Shown here piece after piece: positions 12,091 through 27,000 of a DNA stretch of 64,000 nucleotides. The position numbers and the translations under genes were made by a program. Source of the DNA: Dipteris shenzhenensis. Its lineage: Eukaryota. Each line of letters begins with the position of its first letter. The stretch's first letter is position 1. A model generated the notes under the pieces. That model saw nothing but the letters and a program-made list of their open reading frames with translations. It was not told the origin of the DNA and did not search any database. Location of the stretch: NCBI GenBank assembly GCA_047967505.1, contig CM106538.1. The stretch is one strand, 5' to 3'.

Positions 12091-14837
12091 TTCCTAAATC
12101 ATTGGCACCTCCTTAAGAGGGCGCCTTCTATTGCATCATCACCTATGTCATGGTCTTAGATAGCACTAAGTGTGCTTCACTACACACACACACACACAAA
12201 CATGTGACTGCTAGATGCACACATGCACCTTAGAGCAAGCCCTTCATCAAAAATATCCTAACATACCCCCCCTCAAGGGTTTTCCTCATGCTATGTCAAG
12301 GATACATCTAGTCACATAGTTGCACAACATGCCATCTCATGGTGGTTAAGGATAAATCCATGGCTAGGATCTCATGCTAGCAAGGGTGCCCAAGGGTCAA
12401 GGTTTACAAAAAATGGTATAGACACCCCCCAAATGGTTATCTCCCTTGCATGTACAGGGATTAATCCTAGGCCTTTGTGTGGACCTAGTTTCTCATGTGT
12501 GCAAGAGGTACCATGGAGGAAAAGATATATCACATGGCCTACATCATATGGTGACTAGAGATGATTTAAAAAGACTATAAGGACTAAAACACATAACCAT
12601 AACATTATTTTTGGAGTACTACTCCAGGCAGAGAAACTCAAAATTGACTACATGACCAAGTGATGGCAAAAGTTCAAAGATGTTGGAATTTCGAAGGTCC
12701 AATCTTTATCTTCCTCTACCACAAAATTTGTTTCTTCATTTGTTGATGCTACCACAAAATTTGCTTCTTCATTTTCTGATGGAGTTCTTGCTTCAACCAT
12801 ATTTGCTTTGTCTTTCTTCTTCTCATTACAAAACTTTTAAGAGTGATTGTTTTTGCCACAGTAAGTGCATGGATTGATCATATAGCAATATTTTTCAAGA
12901 TGATTGGTCTTTCCACAATGCTTTCATGCTTTGTACTTTTGGTTTGATGAGAACTTCACTATAAGTGCTTGAGTTTGATCTTCTACCTTCCTTGAAGTCT
13001 TCTTTCTCTCTTCTTCTTGTTTAGTACTGATGATGCTCTCTAGCGTTGGTTGGGGAAGATTCTTCAAAGTAGTCACAACATAGTCAAAATCTTGGGGCAT
13101 ACTCTTCAAGATCATAGCCATTGCATCATCTTTAGTGACTAGAGAGTTGACTGAGGCCCAATCGTGTCATAGGACTCCTCATAGCATTGACATGAGCAGC
13201 AACAAAGTCTCCATACATCTTGAGTTCAAAGAACTTAATATTCAAAGTCAATTTAGAGTTATAAGAGGTAGCACCAAATAGCACATCTAACTTATGCAAA
13301 GCCTCATAAGGAGATTCCAAATCGGAAATATGCTGCACATAATTGCATAGGCTCTCTCTAGCCTTTTAGCATTTACTGGTGTTGTTGAAGTAGAGTCACT
13401 TACCTTCTCCTTTCCACTGGTAGTGGTGGATTCACCCTCTTGTGATGATTGATTCCCTGGCTTGACTAAATCCCACAAATTCTAAGTCATAAGCACAAAT
13501 TTAATTTTCATTTGCCAAGTATGGAAGCCTTGGCCATTGAATTTGTCTAGTTTAAAGGTAGCCATGAGAGGGTCTTACCTTTATGATTAGGCAGTGTCTG
13601 CTCTCTTACAAATGGCTATAAATCTCAACCATACAAGTGCATATTTCAAGCAATGAAATCATAGCATCTAGTCTTTTAGCATTAGAATAATAACATGGCT
13701 TTTGCTTCACAAGCTTTGTCGCTTTTCTATTGGCATATCTAGGTGCTTCTTTCTTCTTCTTTTCTTTTGCTTTCACATATGAAGCATTAGAAGAGAAACA
13801 AGAGCTAGGAATTTCGAATAAACATAACTAACTAAAAGTTTACAGATGATAAATCATCCTCAACACTCTTTCAAGCTTGCATCAAGCATCCAATCACCAA
13901 AACTATAGGTAAAAATAGAGAAAAGTGGAGACCTCGATTAAAACACCCTAAAGTAAATTTGAGGTGGATTTTGAAGCCAACATGAAGCTTGTATACCAGC
14001 CCAAAGCCAACAGAAAAAGCACAGGCACAAAATGGTACAATCTCACCTAGGAGAGCTTAAGCAAGCCCGACTAGTTTTTCGATGATTTCTCCTCATCCAC
14101 TAGAGCATTGGTGCTTAAAATTCATCAACATATTCCTCAAAGGTTGCCCAATAGTAGCAAGGAGGGCTGGGTAAATTTTTTCTCCAATAGGGAGAATTTG
14201 ACATGAGGTCGCTGGGCAGAGTAAGTGTCGGCATGGGTAGCAGAGAGGATATTTCTCTAATTCCTCTGAGCTAGAGGTGCGTCCTATCAAGGGGAAACTA
14301 TAGCTGAAAGGGATCATGAAATGTGCAGAAATAAGGGAGAATAGGCTTAAGCAAAAATCGAGGCAAAAGAGGGAAGAAATCTAAAGAAGGGGAGAGACGG
14401 GAAGAAGATGATGATGTGGCAACTAGAGGGCTAAAGGTTTTTCTAGAACCAATAGAGCTCTGATACCGCATGTTGGGAAGTGGTGGGAGAGAAGAGATGC
14501 ATCATGACAAGATTTGAGAACGCAAGAAGAATCCAAAAGTGTGTTCTATTGATTGTGAGAGAGAAGCCTCTCATTTATAGAGTGGGAGAGAGGGTGACCT
14601 AGATCATAGGCACCTCTCCTTTATCAAAGGAAATTAGTCCTACATCATAGGGACTTCCTAAATCATTGGCACCTCCTTAACAACGCACTTCTACTACATC
14701 ATCACTTGTGTCATGGTCCTAGAGAGCAGTAAGTGTGCTTCACTACACACACACACACACACACACAAATCAAACATGTGACTTCTAGATGCACACATGC
14801 ACCTTAGAGCAAGCCCTTGATCACAAATATCCCAACA
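12091..14837 (-). mobile_element. Gag-only copia-derived LTR element, decayed, left LTR truncated
   Basis: LTR 14471..14837 matched by partial LTR ~12091..12263; PBS (plus gctctgataccg) at 14457..14468; PPT (plus taccccccctcaa) after 12263; gag remnant ~12840..13566 (MATFKLDKFNGQGFHTWQMKIKF, ILKSMPQDFDYVV, two degenerate CxxCxxxxHxxxxC knuckles); no pol seen. Confidence 0.75.
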
Positions 14838-16577
14838 GAGAGTGCTAAAAATGCATAAGGTGTGAATAACATAACCCTAAGGGGTTCCATGTATATAACA
14901 CAATTTCTCTTTATTTTATCAAAGGCCAAATGGTTGACTTTGGTCTTCATTGTTGTATGCAGAACTTTTGAATAAGAGCTCTCTCTTTCTTCTCTTGTTT
15001 CTTTTGATGTTCCCTTGTGTTTGCCACTCCACCCCCCTTCATTATCCTCTCCTTTTCCCTCCTCCCCTTTTTTCCTCCATCTCCCCTTCCCCTTTCCTTT
15101 CGCGTGGAAACACATTGCAACAATTCGGGAGTCTCAAGATGGCACTTGAGGTTCATGCTTACATTGCTCGCATAAGGAGTAGTAGGAGGAGAGGTTCCCT
15201 CGGCATTCCTTCAAGATCCCCATGACATATGAGTCACCACCGGACTACACATTTTTTGTGCCATTTCCGGGGAGTTCAAGATATCCTTTTGTAAGAAACA
15301 AGCTTTCTCTCGTTATCCACCCATTGCTCAATGTTCCTAGCTTAACTAGGAGCATTGATTGTGGAGAATAGGTGAAGTGTGAGTAGAAAAGTGAGAGAGT
15401 TGAGTGTGGAAAAGAAGCACCTATCTTTTTTTGTATTTCTAGCATTTGAGTGATTGAAGCGTGCTTTTTGCTATTTTTTGGTGTTGAAGCATTGGAATGG
15501 GTAGTACAGATGATTGCTAAAGTGTGTGTGTGTGTGTAGCCACATCTCACACAAAACACTAAGAAATGAAGCCACAAGCAAATTTAAAGTGGTTTGAAGT
15601 GTGTTGATAGTCACTTTGGGAAAGCAATTTATTTTACACTTTCAAGTTGTTGTTTTTTATTATTTTTTGCTTTGTGTAGGTAGAATAGGTAGAGTAGCAT
15701 CCTGTATAACCTTCAAACCCTACACAAAACTTAAAAATTTGATGAAATCACCAAAAAATAATCAGTAACAAAGCGTGCCTATGTGTTGTTGTGTTAAGCT
15801 TAACATAGCGAGTCTTGAAGTCATTGCGTTGATAACACAATGCCCTGTTGCTTTAATTGTTGTTAGGAATATACCACTGACACCTCACCCACCTCAGCCA
15901 CTCTCTTCCAATGGCATTAAATAATCTGACAAGCGTCACATCCCAAGTCAACTCGCAGCTTTAGGGTTAATGCAATGATCATCAAGTCGTTGCTATGCTA
16001 TATCTGACCCACTACTTTAAGGTTCTCATCATGTTAAGAGTCGTTGATGCTATATTGACATCGCTACTTCAAGGAAAATATTGTGACTTTTTAGTCACTC
16101 TGCTATAAAGAGTCATTGCATTAAGGAGTCTCATTGCTTTATATTGTTAATGCAATACAGTGACCTACAAGTCGCTGCTTTAAGGTTAGTGCAACGACTC
16201 ACTACTTTAAGGCCAAAATTGCAAACTGATTGAAATTGATTATAACCAATGTGGGTGACCAACACGTACACCTGACGTCTGGTAGAGTGCTAGGATTTGA
16301 ACCAGAGCTAGAGCACATTACCTTTAATAATATTCTACCTGTCCCAACAACCACCTCAGTGTCAACTTCTTTTGTGATCTTGACCTCAAGTTCATACTCA
16401 GTGCACTATCTAGCCCACATGGACACCTCAAGCTCAGAGGGAACAATGAGCTTTGATGCAAAAGCGATGAAAACTCAAATACTGGGACCTCCATGGCAAC
16501 TAGCTCCAGTTAGTCATACCTCAATCTCCCACATGATCAACCACAGTATCACGACTTAGGGAATCATTTTCCAACTT

Positions 16578-17500
16578 TATGCATTAAATAAATTAAGCTA
16601 TGGAGAAACTTTAGCTTAATAAATAAATTAAACCATAGAGAAACATAGCTTAATTAGCATAAATAAATTAAGCCATGGATAAACATAGCTTAATTAAGCC
16701 TCCATGCATCAAAACTAATTAATTAATGGGTTGGAATGGGAGAGAGTGAATAGGAGAGACTAAAGCACCTTCTTCAGCCTACAAGCTTGACCTTTTCAAG
16801 TGAGGATTTCAAAACTTGGTGGCTATCCCACATGGACCTCTGCCTTGATATTTCCATTTAGAGAGTCAAACTTGACATCCATCTATAGGAATGATCGCCC
16901 TTCTTGCACTGATAAGGCCAAGATAGCACAGATTATGGCTAACCTAGCTAAGGTGACAAAGTTAGGCTGATAGTTCCATTGAATACTTTTTCCACGAGCT
17001 GCGACTTGTCCAATGAGCCATTGGATTTGAAGTTGGCTATATAAACCCACTTCATGCTAATGACCTTGCATTTCTATGGGCAATCTAGAAGGTACCAGGT
17101 ATTGTTCTTGATGCTGGAACCATACTCTGATTGCATAGCTTCCATCCAATTTGGGTCACACCTTATGGGCACATCCACCTGCATTACTTCAGTCATCATT
17201 GCATAGTTGACAAAGTGAGCTTGGACCCTTCGTTGCTCCTCTACTCTCTTTGAACGGTGATAGTCAAATGCTGCAAGGTTCTTGCCATCCAAAAGCTGCT
17301 TCACCCACTTACTTAATGGTTGTCTTCATGGTTCTTCCAGCTTGTCCTCTTTGTCTTCATCTTCTTTGTCTTCTATTGGCCTCCCATTCGGTTGTGTTTG
17401 TTGGGGATGGGATCAAACTGTTGATGGAAGAGTCAGTGAAATCTTCACCAACAACAGCTGATTGAAGGATAACAGGTATAGCTCCCTGATCTAAGATAGT
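16578..17500 (-). mobile_element. Ty1/copia RT remnant; 16578..17034 is duplicated at 9046..9318 plus 11935..12091
   Basis: ORF 17074..17304 (RSKRVEEQRR..VNYAMMTEV..WMEAMQSEYGSSIKNNTW) resembles 36480..36730; direct sequence match to the flanks of the 9319 element. Confidence 0.8.
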
Positions 17501-18649
17501 TGGTAAGCCAAGGAACTGAAGCATGCCCTACGTTTTGAACTAGTTTTCATGCCAGGTCTTGCTTGCTAGTGCACCATTGGCAATTGCACATTGAGCATAA
17601 AGCAGATTTTAGTTTTGTTTTAGAAAAAGCTGAAAGTTATTTGCATCATGCTTTCATGAATGGTCAAAGATTTCAAGCTCTCTAGGGAGAAATCAAGGCT
17701 ACCTCTCTTTGATCTTAACCTTTTAATCTTTGGTGCTGTTGAGTATGGAATTGGTGTCTCGCCGCTCATATAATAGTATTTTGTAATATTGTGTGATCAT
17801 CATTATGAGCTAAGAAGCCTTTAATTGTACGATATGTGCAGGATTTTTCAAACGATGGAAAGGTTAAAATCTTCATGTGTCACAATTTTTGGCAAACAAG
17901 GAGGCAAGAACATGGCGGCCCATTTGTGAGTTCGTTTCCTCGTCGTCCACTTTGTAGCTCCCATCAATCCAATAGCCAATAAGCAAAGTCAACTTGCCAA
18001 CCATTGATAGTCCATGTAAGTATGACATTGCAATATTCTTTATTTTTTCTCAACACGTCCAACACTGGATGTGCTCTTTTATATGCTACACCTCCAACAC
18101 TGGTGGTGATCTTTTTCAAAATGGGGGAAAGGCACGTTCCCCTATGATTATAAATTCATGGAGAGAGTTGTGCCGACTCTCCGGCATACATTATGTTTAG
18201 ATTTTCTTCTTTTTTGTCCCTTTCCCCTCTCTTCCCATCCTTGTGCACATATTCTAAGGAGCACATTCTTCTCATCCAAACACTTGAGGCCTCCAATCGG
18301 TAAGGCTACTCTGTGAACACCACAGAGGTTATAACCCTTTTCCTCTTGAACTTGAGTGTGGCTAGTTGAAGGTTAGTTTATAATTAGTTAAAAGGTTAGG
18401 GCCTACATGGCCAATGACCTTTTATAGTCCATCCTTAGTACCAACTAACTATGGCACTGCACCCACCTCACCAACAACCCCTCCTATACTGCAAATAGTA
18501 CTCCCTTACAAGGCTATGAGGATCCTACTGCAAGATCTAGGAAGGGGCCATGCCATCAACCTTCATAGGAAGGGATACCAGCTCTTCAAGGAGTGACCAC
18601 TCACAACCTTCATAGGAAGGGATACCAACTCTTCAAGGAGTAACCACTC

Positions 18650-19440
18650 ACAATCTTCAAGCATATTACTAAATTCCTAGGAGAGGGAGATCCAATGTCT
18701 CATGTGGAGAAGTTTGATGGTATGACTTGGATAATGTCAACATATTCAGGTTGAGCCTCGATGGTAAGGTAGGCTAGTGGTATAGGGCTCTAAGAGCTAA
18801 AGAGAAAGCACTCAAAAATTCATTTATCGTGGGGTTTGGCCCCATCAGTCCTAGGTGGAGTCCCATTAACCAACTATATGAAGTAAAGCAAAAGGAAAAT
18901 GATTCCTTGCAAGAATATATTGCAAGAATCAAACATTTAAACTCCCACTGCAAGCCTCACGAGAGGATGAGCAATGAGCGATTACTGCCACACTTCCCCA
19001 CTAGGCTAAGGGATGCAAAGCTTCATGACCATCTTTTCACCTTGAATTCATGACACTTGTGCAACAGCAGCAAGAATATCATGCTCTTAGATGACAACAT
19101 GAAAGATAAGGTCCAAGTGAAAAAGTCACAGGTGGCTTCATCTGATGTGTCCCACGCTAGAAAATTGTTAGTGTTGGTGAAGCCAAGGAGGCAACTCCAC
19201 TTGCCAAGGGTGCCAATATAGATGAGGTGGCACTGACAACCTAAGGGGGGATTGACAAGGGAAGGCCCAAGCAATCCTCACCTATTCCCTATAAGAGATA
19301 ATGTGTGGTGTGGTCTCTACATAGGAAACCATCCAACTAATGGGTGCCCCTGCCTTAAGGCTAGGTTGGTGCTCTATTGTGCTCATTGTTCTAGATGGGA
19401 AAACCATGAGACATCTTAGTGTTGATATCCTAACGTTATC
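18650..19440 (+). pseudogene. Ty3/gypsy gag remnant
   Basis: Fragments KFLGEGDPMSHVEKFD, FRLSLDGK..WYRAL, VKQKENDSLQEYIARIKHLN and degenerate Cys/His knuckles; stops and frameshifts. Confidence 0.7.
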
Positions 19441-22400
19441 CCTTAGACAATGTACGAATAGAGGCATCCCTTGACCTTTCCCACAGCACCAAATCAGTTC
19501 AATCAGGGAGGACAGTTGGCCATTCAATGAGCCCCCTGTTCCAACCAAGGGAAATATAGGGCTCAAAACCTCCCATTTCCTCCACCTATCTTAGGCCCTC
19601 AACCTCCACCACCTTAGATTACCTCGATGAACCAAGTAATCATTGAGGAGCCACCTAATGAATGGGAGGAACCAAATTACACCCACCCCTATAGCAAGTG
19701 ACTCCTCGCAATAGAAGAGTCCCCTATACCAGTCCATCCAGATAAGCCATTACATCATGCAATACTAAAAACACATCCTACTACGAGATGCCAGCTAATC
19801 AACCAATGGCTTGCTTTAAGTGCCAAGGACCTGAAGTACTACCCCTACAAGGATGATCAACCCTTGTCCACAATAACTACCACTAGCACGAACGCTTCAT
19901 TGTGTTTGGTGGGCTACGGGGTGGATCATCTTTACAAGGAGTGTCCAATGTGAAGAACCCCAAGAATGGCCATAGATCCTAAGACCATCATTAAGTTGTT
20001 GGGTATTGAGAGGGGCTAAGTCTCTTCGATGTCCTTAAATGTTATCACTAGGGTTTAGGCCAGAGCTCTAAGCAAGGAGCTCCATAAATAGGCCAAGATA
20101 GATAAAACAGCCGTAGCCCTCCCTACGAATACAAGCCCCATAGGAAAGGATGCCACCAACCAATGGTGCCCACCACATCAATGGTCTAAACCCGTGCCTC
20201 TCCAAGTCAAGAGAAAGCACATCGTTGGCTCCCCAAAGGGACTCCCCAAGCTAATGACCAACATTCAGCGAGAGAACTTTGTCATGCGCTTCACTTCCCC
20301 CCTTACTTCCCATGCCAAATCTAGTGCAAGCAACTAAACAAAGGAAACCTCGAAGAAGGAGATGTGCAATGAAGCTCAAGAAGCAAAGGAGTCACTCAAG
20401 GTGGATCTCTAAATGACTACAAGAAGCCCATGGCTACTATGAAGGTAATTCATATATTTGGATACCCAAGATTTGCCTCATAGCTACGTTGCCCTCCACA
20501 GACCCCCCTAAAGGCACAAGGCAATCTTCAACTTCATCAAGCAGTAGGGTAGCAATAGTCCCACAAGAACCTACCTCTAAAATGGAGGTAGTCCCACAAG
20601 AACCTATTGCTCGCCCATCAAAGAAAAAAAACCTCTCCAACAAAGCCACAGGTGACCCCCTTATACACTCAAATTCTTATGTTGCAAAGGGAAACTTTGT
20701 CAATGGCTATGGTAGTACCACAAGAACTTGCTCCTAAAACGGGGGTAGAGACACAAGAACATGTTGCTTAAGTCTAGCCTCTATTTTTTCTTCTATATCA
20801 ACATCAAGCAGGGTAGTAGCACAAGAACCTACTCCTAAAAACATAGTGCCACAAGAACCTACTGATGGTCCTACTCTATAGGTACCGGCTTCAAAAAGAA
20901 GGCAATCCATTCTATAGTTTCCACTTTAGCAATTCTAACAAGTTGCTGCCAAAATTTTCACAAAAATTGCATAGCGCCCATGTGCTTTCTAGACCACCTT
21001 CCCACCTCACCTAATCTATGTCAGACAACTCCTCCCACTCCATGGGGACATCAAGGATCTTCTCTTTTTCAAAGAAATCATGTTTGTCTTTGAGTAGGAG
21101 ACTTTGAGACAAGAAGCCTCTTCATTCTTCCCACCCTCTAGTTCTCGAACAATCTCTATTCCCCGTCCTTCTAAGATGGAGCAAGCCGACATCCTACCCA
21201 CTACTAAGCTTGAGAAATCCACTCAACATTCAACATCGTGCCCCCAAAAGAAGCGTCGTCCCACCAATGCTAACACCATCGACAAATACATGAAACATGG
21301 CAGGCAAAATCATAAGGTTCTCGCCTCAGTGTAGACTAGCTCCAAAGTGTTCAAGGAGTGGTAATGCACTCACAGTACCGGTGCAGCACCAAAGATTTCA
21401 AATTGTGCTACCATAATGCAACCAGCTACAGGTCCTCCAAGATCCAAATGTGGTCTCCTCATCCAGGCCATCGGCCTTCAGTCTATTACAAACCGCTTCC
21501 CCTGCCACCTCAATCTCAGACAGGTCACAAACTTCCAATGATGCTACTAAGGCGATCGCCTAGATGCATAGTTCAAGTAGCATTCAAACTTCTAGTAGTG
21601 TCCAAGCCATACAAGGTACTGTGCAGAATGGGCCAACATTGCCTGGGCCTAGTTAACTATGATACTAAGATCCACAGGGGTGGAATCCCCATTCATTTGA
21701 TTGAGAACCCAATGATCACCAAGGATACCAGGCCAATTATGCTCCTAGCCCAAGTCTCGTACACAGAGCATCACAAGTTGATCCTCCCTAACTTGTTGGT
21801 GCATCTTTACCAACCCTCGATGAGCAAAGCATTTTTGTACAGAGGTGTTAAATGTTTGTGGCCACTCATAATACATCGAAAACCCTATGTTTTTCATGCC
21901 AATCATCCATCGTTTGTAGGAGGATCCAGTGCCTGTCAATGACCATGGTGACACCTCCAAGTCTTGCTCTCTGATGTTGCCTCCAATTCCCACTAGTCCC
22001 ACCCCTACAAAGCCCTCTCCCTCCCCAAAGAAGAAAAAGGAAGGCCAAACCAACTGCCAAGTATAGGACTCCCAGGTCCAGGAGGAGGCAAAAACAAAAG
22101 CACACCAAGAGGCACTACAAAGACAGAAGGCCAAAGTTAGAAAAAAATAGGAAGAAGAGACCCACAAAAAAGAGGCAAAGGTAGCCAAATAACTCAAAGA
22201 AAAAGAACAGGTATTGAAGAAACCAGAAATTGAGGAGAACCCCTTGATAGATCTCTCCCACGGTCATGGGCCTAGCTCACCTCCACAACCAACTGAGGGC
22301 TAGGCAGAGAATCTCATTGTAGCTAGACTCATATCTAAGAAACAAGTGGAAGCCCAGCAATAATTTTCCCTCACTCAATGTACTTCCATGGACTACTCTT

Positions 22401-23947
22401 TACCAGAATAAGATGCTTGGGTAATGAAGAACAACCAGGAAGCATCAAAAAAAGAAATGGTATTCATGGAGGCACTAGAGGCCATGGCCCAAACAGCACA
22501 AATTATCATGGAGGCACTAGAGGCCATGTAGTGATACCACCGCCAACAACAGCTACTAGGAAAAGCTCAGACCACCCTGCTAGAGAAGGAGAAATCTAAC
22601 AGAAAGGCATTGAAAGTCGCAAGACTAAAAGTCATCAAAACAATAAAGAAGCTATCAGAAAATCTACAAGTAACAAAGGTAGATGTGGCCACAGAAAGAT
22701 CCAGGGTAGATTCTATGGCTAAGAAATACAAGGCACTTCCCAATGCCAAGCAGCCCTTGATGATTGAAAGCAGCACAAAATGGTCTAAGCTCACAATCCA
22801 GCTTTGGAATCTCAAGTGGCACAATAGGCCACCTAGATTGAGCACCATGATCGGAATATCTCTCCAAGAGCAGCTACAAGCCGTCGAATACACATTTCCA
22901 CCTTCTCAATAGGACCCTGACAAGCTCCACCAATGGCTCCTATATGCATCAACATGTGCCTCCTCACTTGCCTTCACACCAAGCAAAGTTGAAGACACCT
23001 TCAACTATTACTTTAACACCATCTCCACCCACTGTCACCATACCGCACCACATAAATTTTGCACACCCCTTGCTTTCTGCTTCCTTCAACCTTCTCCTCC
23101 GCCACAATAGTATACCAGCCTATTCAATAATAGCCATGGACTACTTCCGTGAGGACATCATTCTACAAGATGATTCTGATATCCTAAGCCTCGATTACCA
23201 CCCCATTGCATGTACTTTTATGGCATGGATTCAAGCCCTACAAAATTCTTCCTTTTTCTCAATGGATATGCCTATGTTTAAGCCTAACACCTTGCAGGAC
23301 ATACCTTGCCCTCCACTGTCCTTGTCCAGATCTAGGTGGATGCAAACATATGGCGTGCAAGATGCCGAGTATACCTTCCAAAACATCTCCCTTAATAATA
23401 GTCAGCTCTATCAACCCACGGGTATTATTGCCATGTATAATAATATTTTGGAAGCCCTATAGAAAATGATACAAACGGGCTTCAACCAGTTTAATGATTC
23501 TCACTTAAGCTACCCACTAGTCTACAAGAGGTAGATGCCAACACAGCATGGGGAATTTTTAATTCAAACTGACCCTTCCCACAACCACTAACCAAGGCAT
23601 CGCCCCCCTCACCACTCACACTCCTACTACCACTACTTCTTCCGATCCATCATAGCCCTCCACGTCACATCACACCACCTCACCGCATGCTACCACACAC
23701 ATGCAAACCACTATGCATCAGGAGTCCATTGGCCTAGAGGGTCCAAAATACTTGGTCAATACCACATGGTATAATATTCTCAATGTCATACTTTTCTTAG
23801 ATGTTGAAGTCCCTTATGAGGAGGTCAGTGAGCACGCCCATGAAGAAGAAGAGGCACTGCCGTAAGAGCTCCTACTTGATCCCACAACACCTGGTACCAG
23901 GCAATCACATCATTTTGAGTGATTGAAGATATCTCAGACATCAACTA

Positions 23948-23981
23948 TGAGAGTGCTCTCAACGGAAGCAATAATGGAAGA

Positions 23982-24015
<34 letters not shown>

Positions 24016-27000
24016 AAGAGCCACAAGTTTTGGTGGGTGCAGAACCACCCTAATCTTCTTTTTCATTCATTTATATATGTGTTTGAGTATTGTACATAAC
24101 CCGGGTAAAGGCACAGTGACCTTTAACCCCCACAACCTCCCACTTAAAGGACAATGTGCGTTTAAGGGAGAACAACCAGTGGGCATACTATCCAATGCCC
24201 ATCAATACACGACAATACTCAAACCGCTGACTACGTAGACTCTTCGTCAGCATATCTGCAGGGTTATCATCTGTATGAACCTTGACAAGCTCTATGCGCT
24301 TGTCCTCAAGTACCTCCCTGATGAAATGGTTCCTGACCTCAATGTGTTTGGTTTTTGCATGAAAGACCGGATTTCGTGCTAGCTGAATAGCACTCATGGA
24401 ATCACTATGCAATGTCTATACACCTGTATGAATCCCCAAATCTCCCACTAGCCGATCAAGCCATATAGCCTCCTTGCAACCCTCTGTGGCTGCAACATAC
24501 TTCTGTGGTAGACAAAGCAATGAACTTCTGTGCGTGAGACATCCACGACACTGCACCACCTACAAAGGTGAACACATAAAAAGAATTGGATCTCCTACTA
24601 TCCACATGCCATGCATAGTCTGAATCTGTGTACCCAAGTACACGCATGTCTCCTTTACCAAAGCAAATGCACATCTCCTTGGTACCCTTCATGTATCTCA
24701 TGATGCACTTAACTACCTCCCAATGCCTCTTTCCTGGATTAGCCATATACCGGCTAACAACTCCCACTGCAAATGCAATGTCTGGTCTAGTAGCTATCAT
24801 AGCATACATAAGACTCCCAACTGTTGATGCATAAGGAACCTTGGCCATCATGGCCCTCTCCTCATCTGATTTGGGACTATCTGTGTGACTCAGTTTCACA
24901 TATGGAGGCAATGAAGTACTCACTGCCTTCCCCCCCTCCATATTGAAACGCTGCAATACTTTTGTAACATACTCTTTTTGTGAAAGCCAAAGGAGTTTCC
25001 TACTCCGATCACGCGTGATGCGCATACCAAGAATATGACCTGCAAATCCCAAATCCTTCATATCAAAGGCCTCATGCAACTTGGCCTTTAATGCATCTAG
25101 CTCATAAGTATTCTTGCTAGCCAATAGCATATCATCCACATATAGTGCCAAGATTATCAGGCTATTATGCTTAACCCTTTTAGTGTAGAGGCAGTGATCA
25201 ATTTCACTCCTTTTAAAACCCTGGGACTGAATGAAAGCATCAAACTTTTGATACCATTCTCTAGGGGCTTGCTTAAGACCATAGAGACTCTTCTTTAGCT
25301 TGCAAACTAAATGCACTTTGTCCTTTTCTTCAAAGCCTTCCAGCTGCACCATGTAAATTTCCTCATGCAAATCCCCATGCAAGAAAGCCATCTTGACATC
25401 CATCTGCATAAGCTCCATATCCTCTAATGCCACTAGTCCAAGCATGCATCTAAGTGTAGTCATCTTCACAACCGGAGAGAATATCTCATCAAAGTCCACA
25501 CCCTTCTCTTGCTTGAACCCTTTAGCAAACAAACGGGCCTTGTACCTAGGCACATCATTTTGTAGACCCATTTACATGGCAATGCTTTCTTTCCATGTGG
25601 CAAATAAATCAAGTCCCAAGTCTTATTCTTCATAAGTGAACTCATCTCTGATTGCATAGCATACTCCCACTTGCGTTGATCCTCACGCATCATAGCCTCT
25701 CTATAGCAAGAAGGCTCCCCGCAATCAGTAAGCATCACATAGTCTACCCCTGGAATAAACTTATCAAGCGGTCTAGATGCTCTAGAAGATCTTCTCAAGG
25801 GCATTTCAGCTTGCTGTCCCACTTGCATATCAGCCACATTTGACTCATCATTTCCACCAATAGATGATCCATCATCTACCCTTGATTGTATACCTGTGGG
25901 AGTACTTGGTGGTACCATTTCTTGCACATTTGGTGCATGGACAGCTTGCTATCTATCAACATATGCAGGTGGATTCACATCTTGGAAAGTGATTCTCCTC
26001 ATTTCCACATCCTCATGGGTGCCTTATGCATCTTTTTCTCATTGAAGACTATGTCATTATGGTTGTGGATGATCTTCTTTGCTTCTGGATCCCAGAGACG
26101 ATAGCCCATCTCTCCACTTTCACCATAACCCAGAAAGATGCATTTCCTAGACTTAGGATCTAGCTTCTTTCGAAGCTCTTTTGGCACATGTGCATATGCC
26201 TCACACCCAAATATACGCAAATGAGAGTAAGAGGGCTTCTTGCCACTCCATGCCTCTTCAGGAATACCACCATCCAAACTCTTACTAGGTGATCTATTGA
26301 TCACATGCACTATAGTCTTCATTGCCTCAGCCCAAAAACCACCAGAAAGACTTGCATTGGAAAGCATGCATTGCAACCTTTCTTGAATGATATGGTTCAT
26401 CTTTTCTGCAACTGGATTTTGCTCTGGAGTATGAGGGGATGTGAGCTCCCTCTTAATCCCACATGTATCACAGAAATGCTGAAAGTCATGAGAGAGATAC
26501 TCTCCACCATTGTCAGTCCATAGGCATTTAAGCGTTCTACTTGACTGATTCTCAACCAAGGCCAGCCATTTCTGAAATACCTGGAACACATCACTCTTCC
26601 GAGCTATAGCATAAGCCCACACTTTCCTAGTTGCATCATCAATGAATGTCACATAGTATTCAGCCCCGCCTAATGACCGTGTAGGCATGGGACCACATAC
26701 GTCTGAATTCACCAAATCAAGCTTTTCAAACTCTTTCTTTCCCCTTCTTTTATGGGCTGATTTAATCTGCTTCCCATAGAGACAGTGCTCACAGAATTCA
26801 AAATCAGAGAAACTCAAATGCGGTACATAACCCAAATGGCATAAGAGTTTCATTCCATTTTGGCTCATGTGCCCCAACCTGCAATGCCACAAAGAAGTGC
26901 TTGGATGCTCGGTTATTGCAACAACATGATCAAATACCCCTAATACATGTAAGGGATACAAAGTCCCACACTTGGCACCCCTGGCCAAAAGCATAGGGCC

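Noticed and set aside
21358-23469. Several 100-190 aa ORFs
   Set aside because: Lie within a decayed retroelement; no recognisable domain
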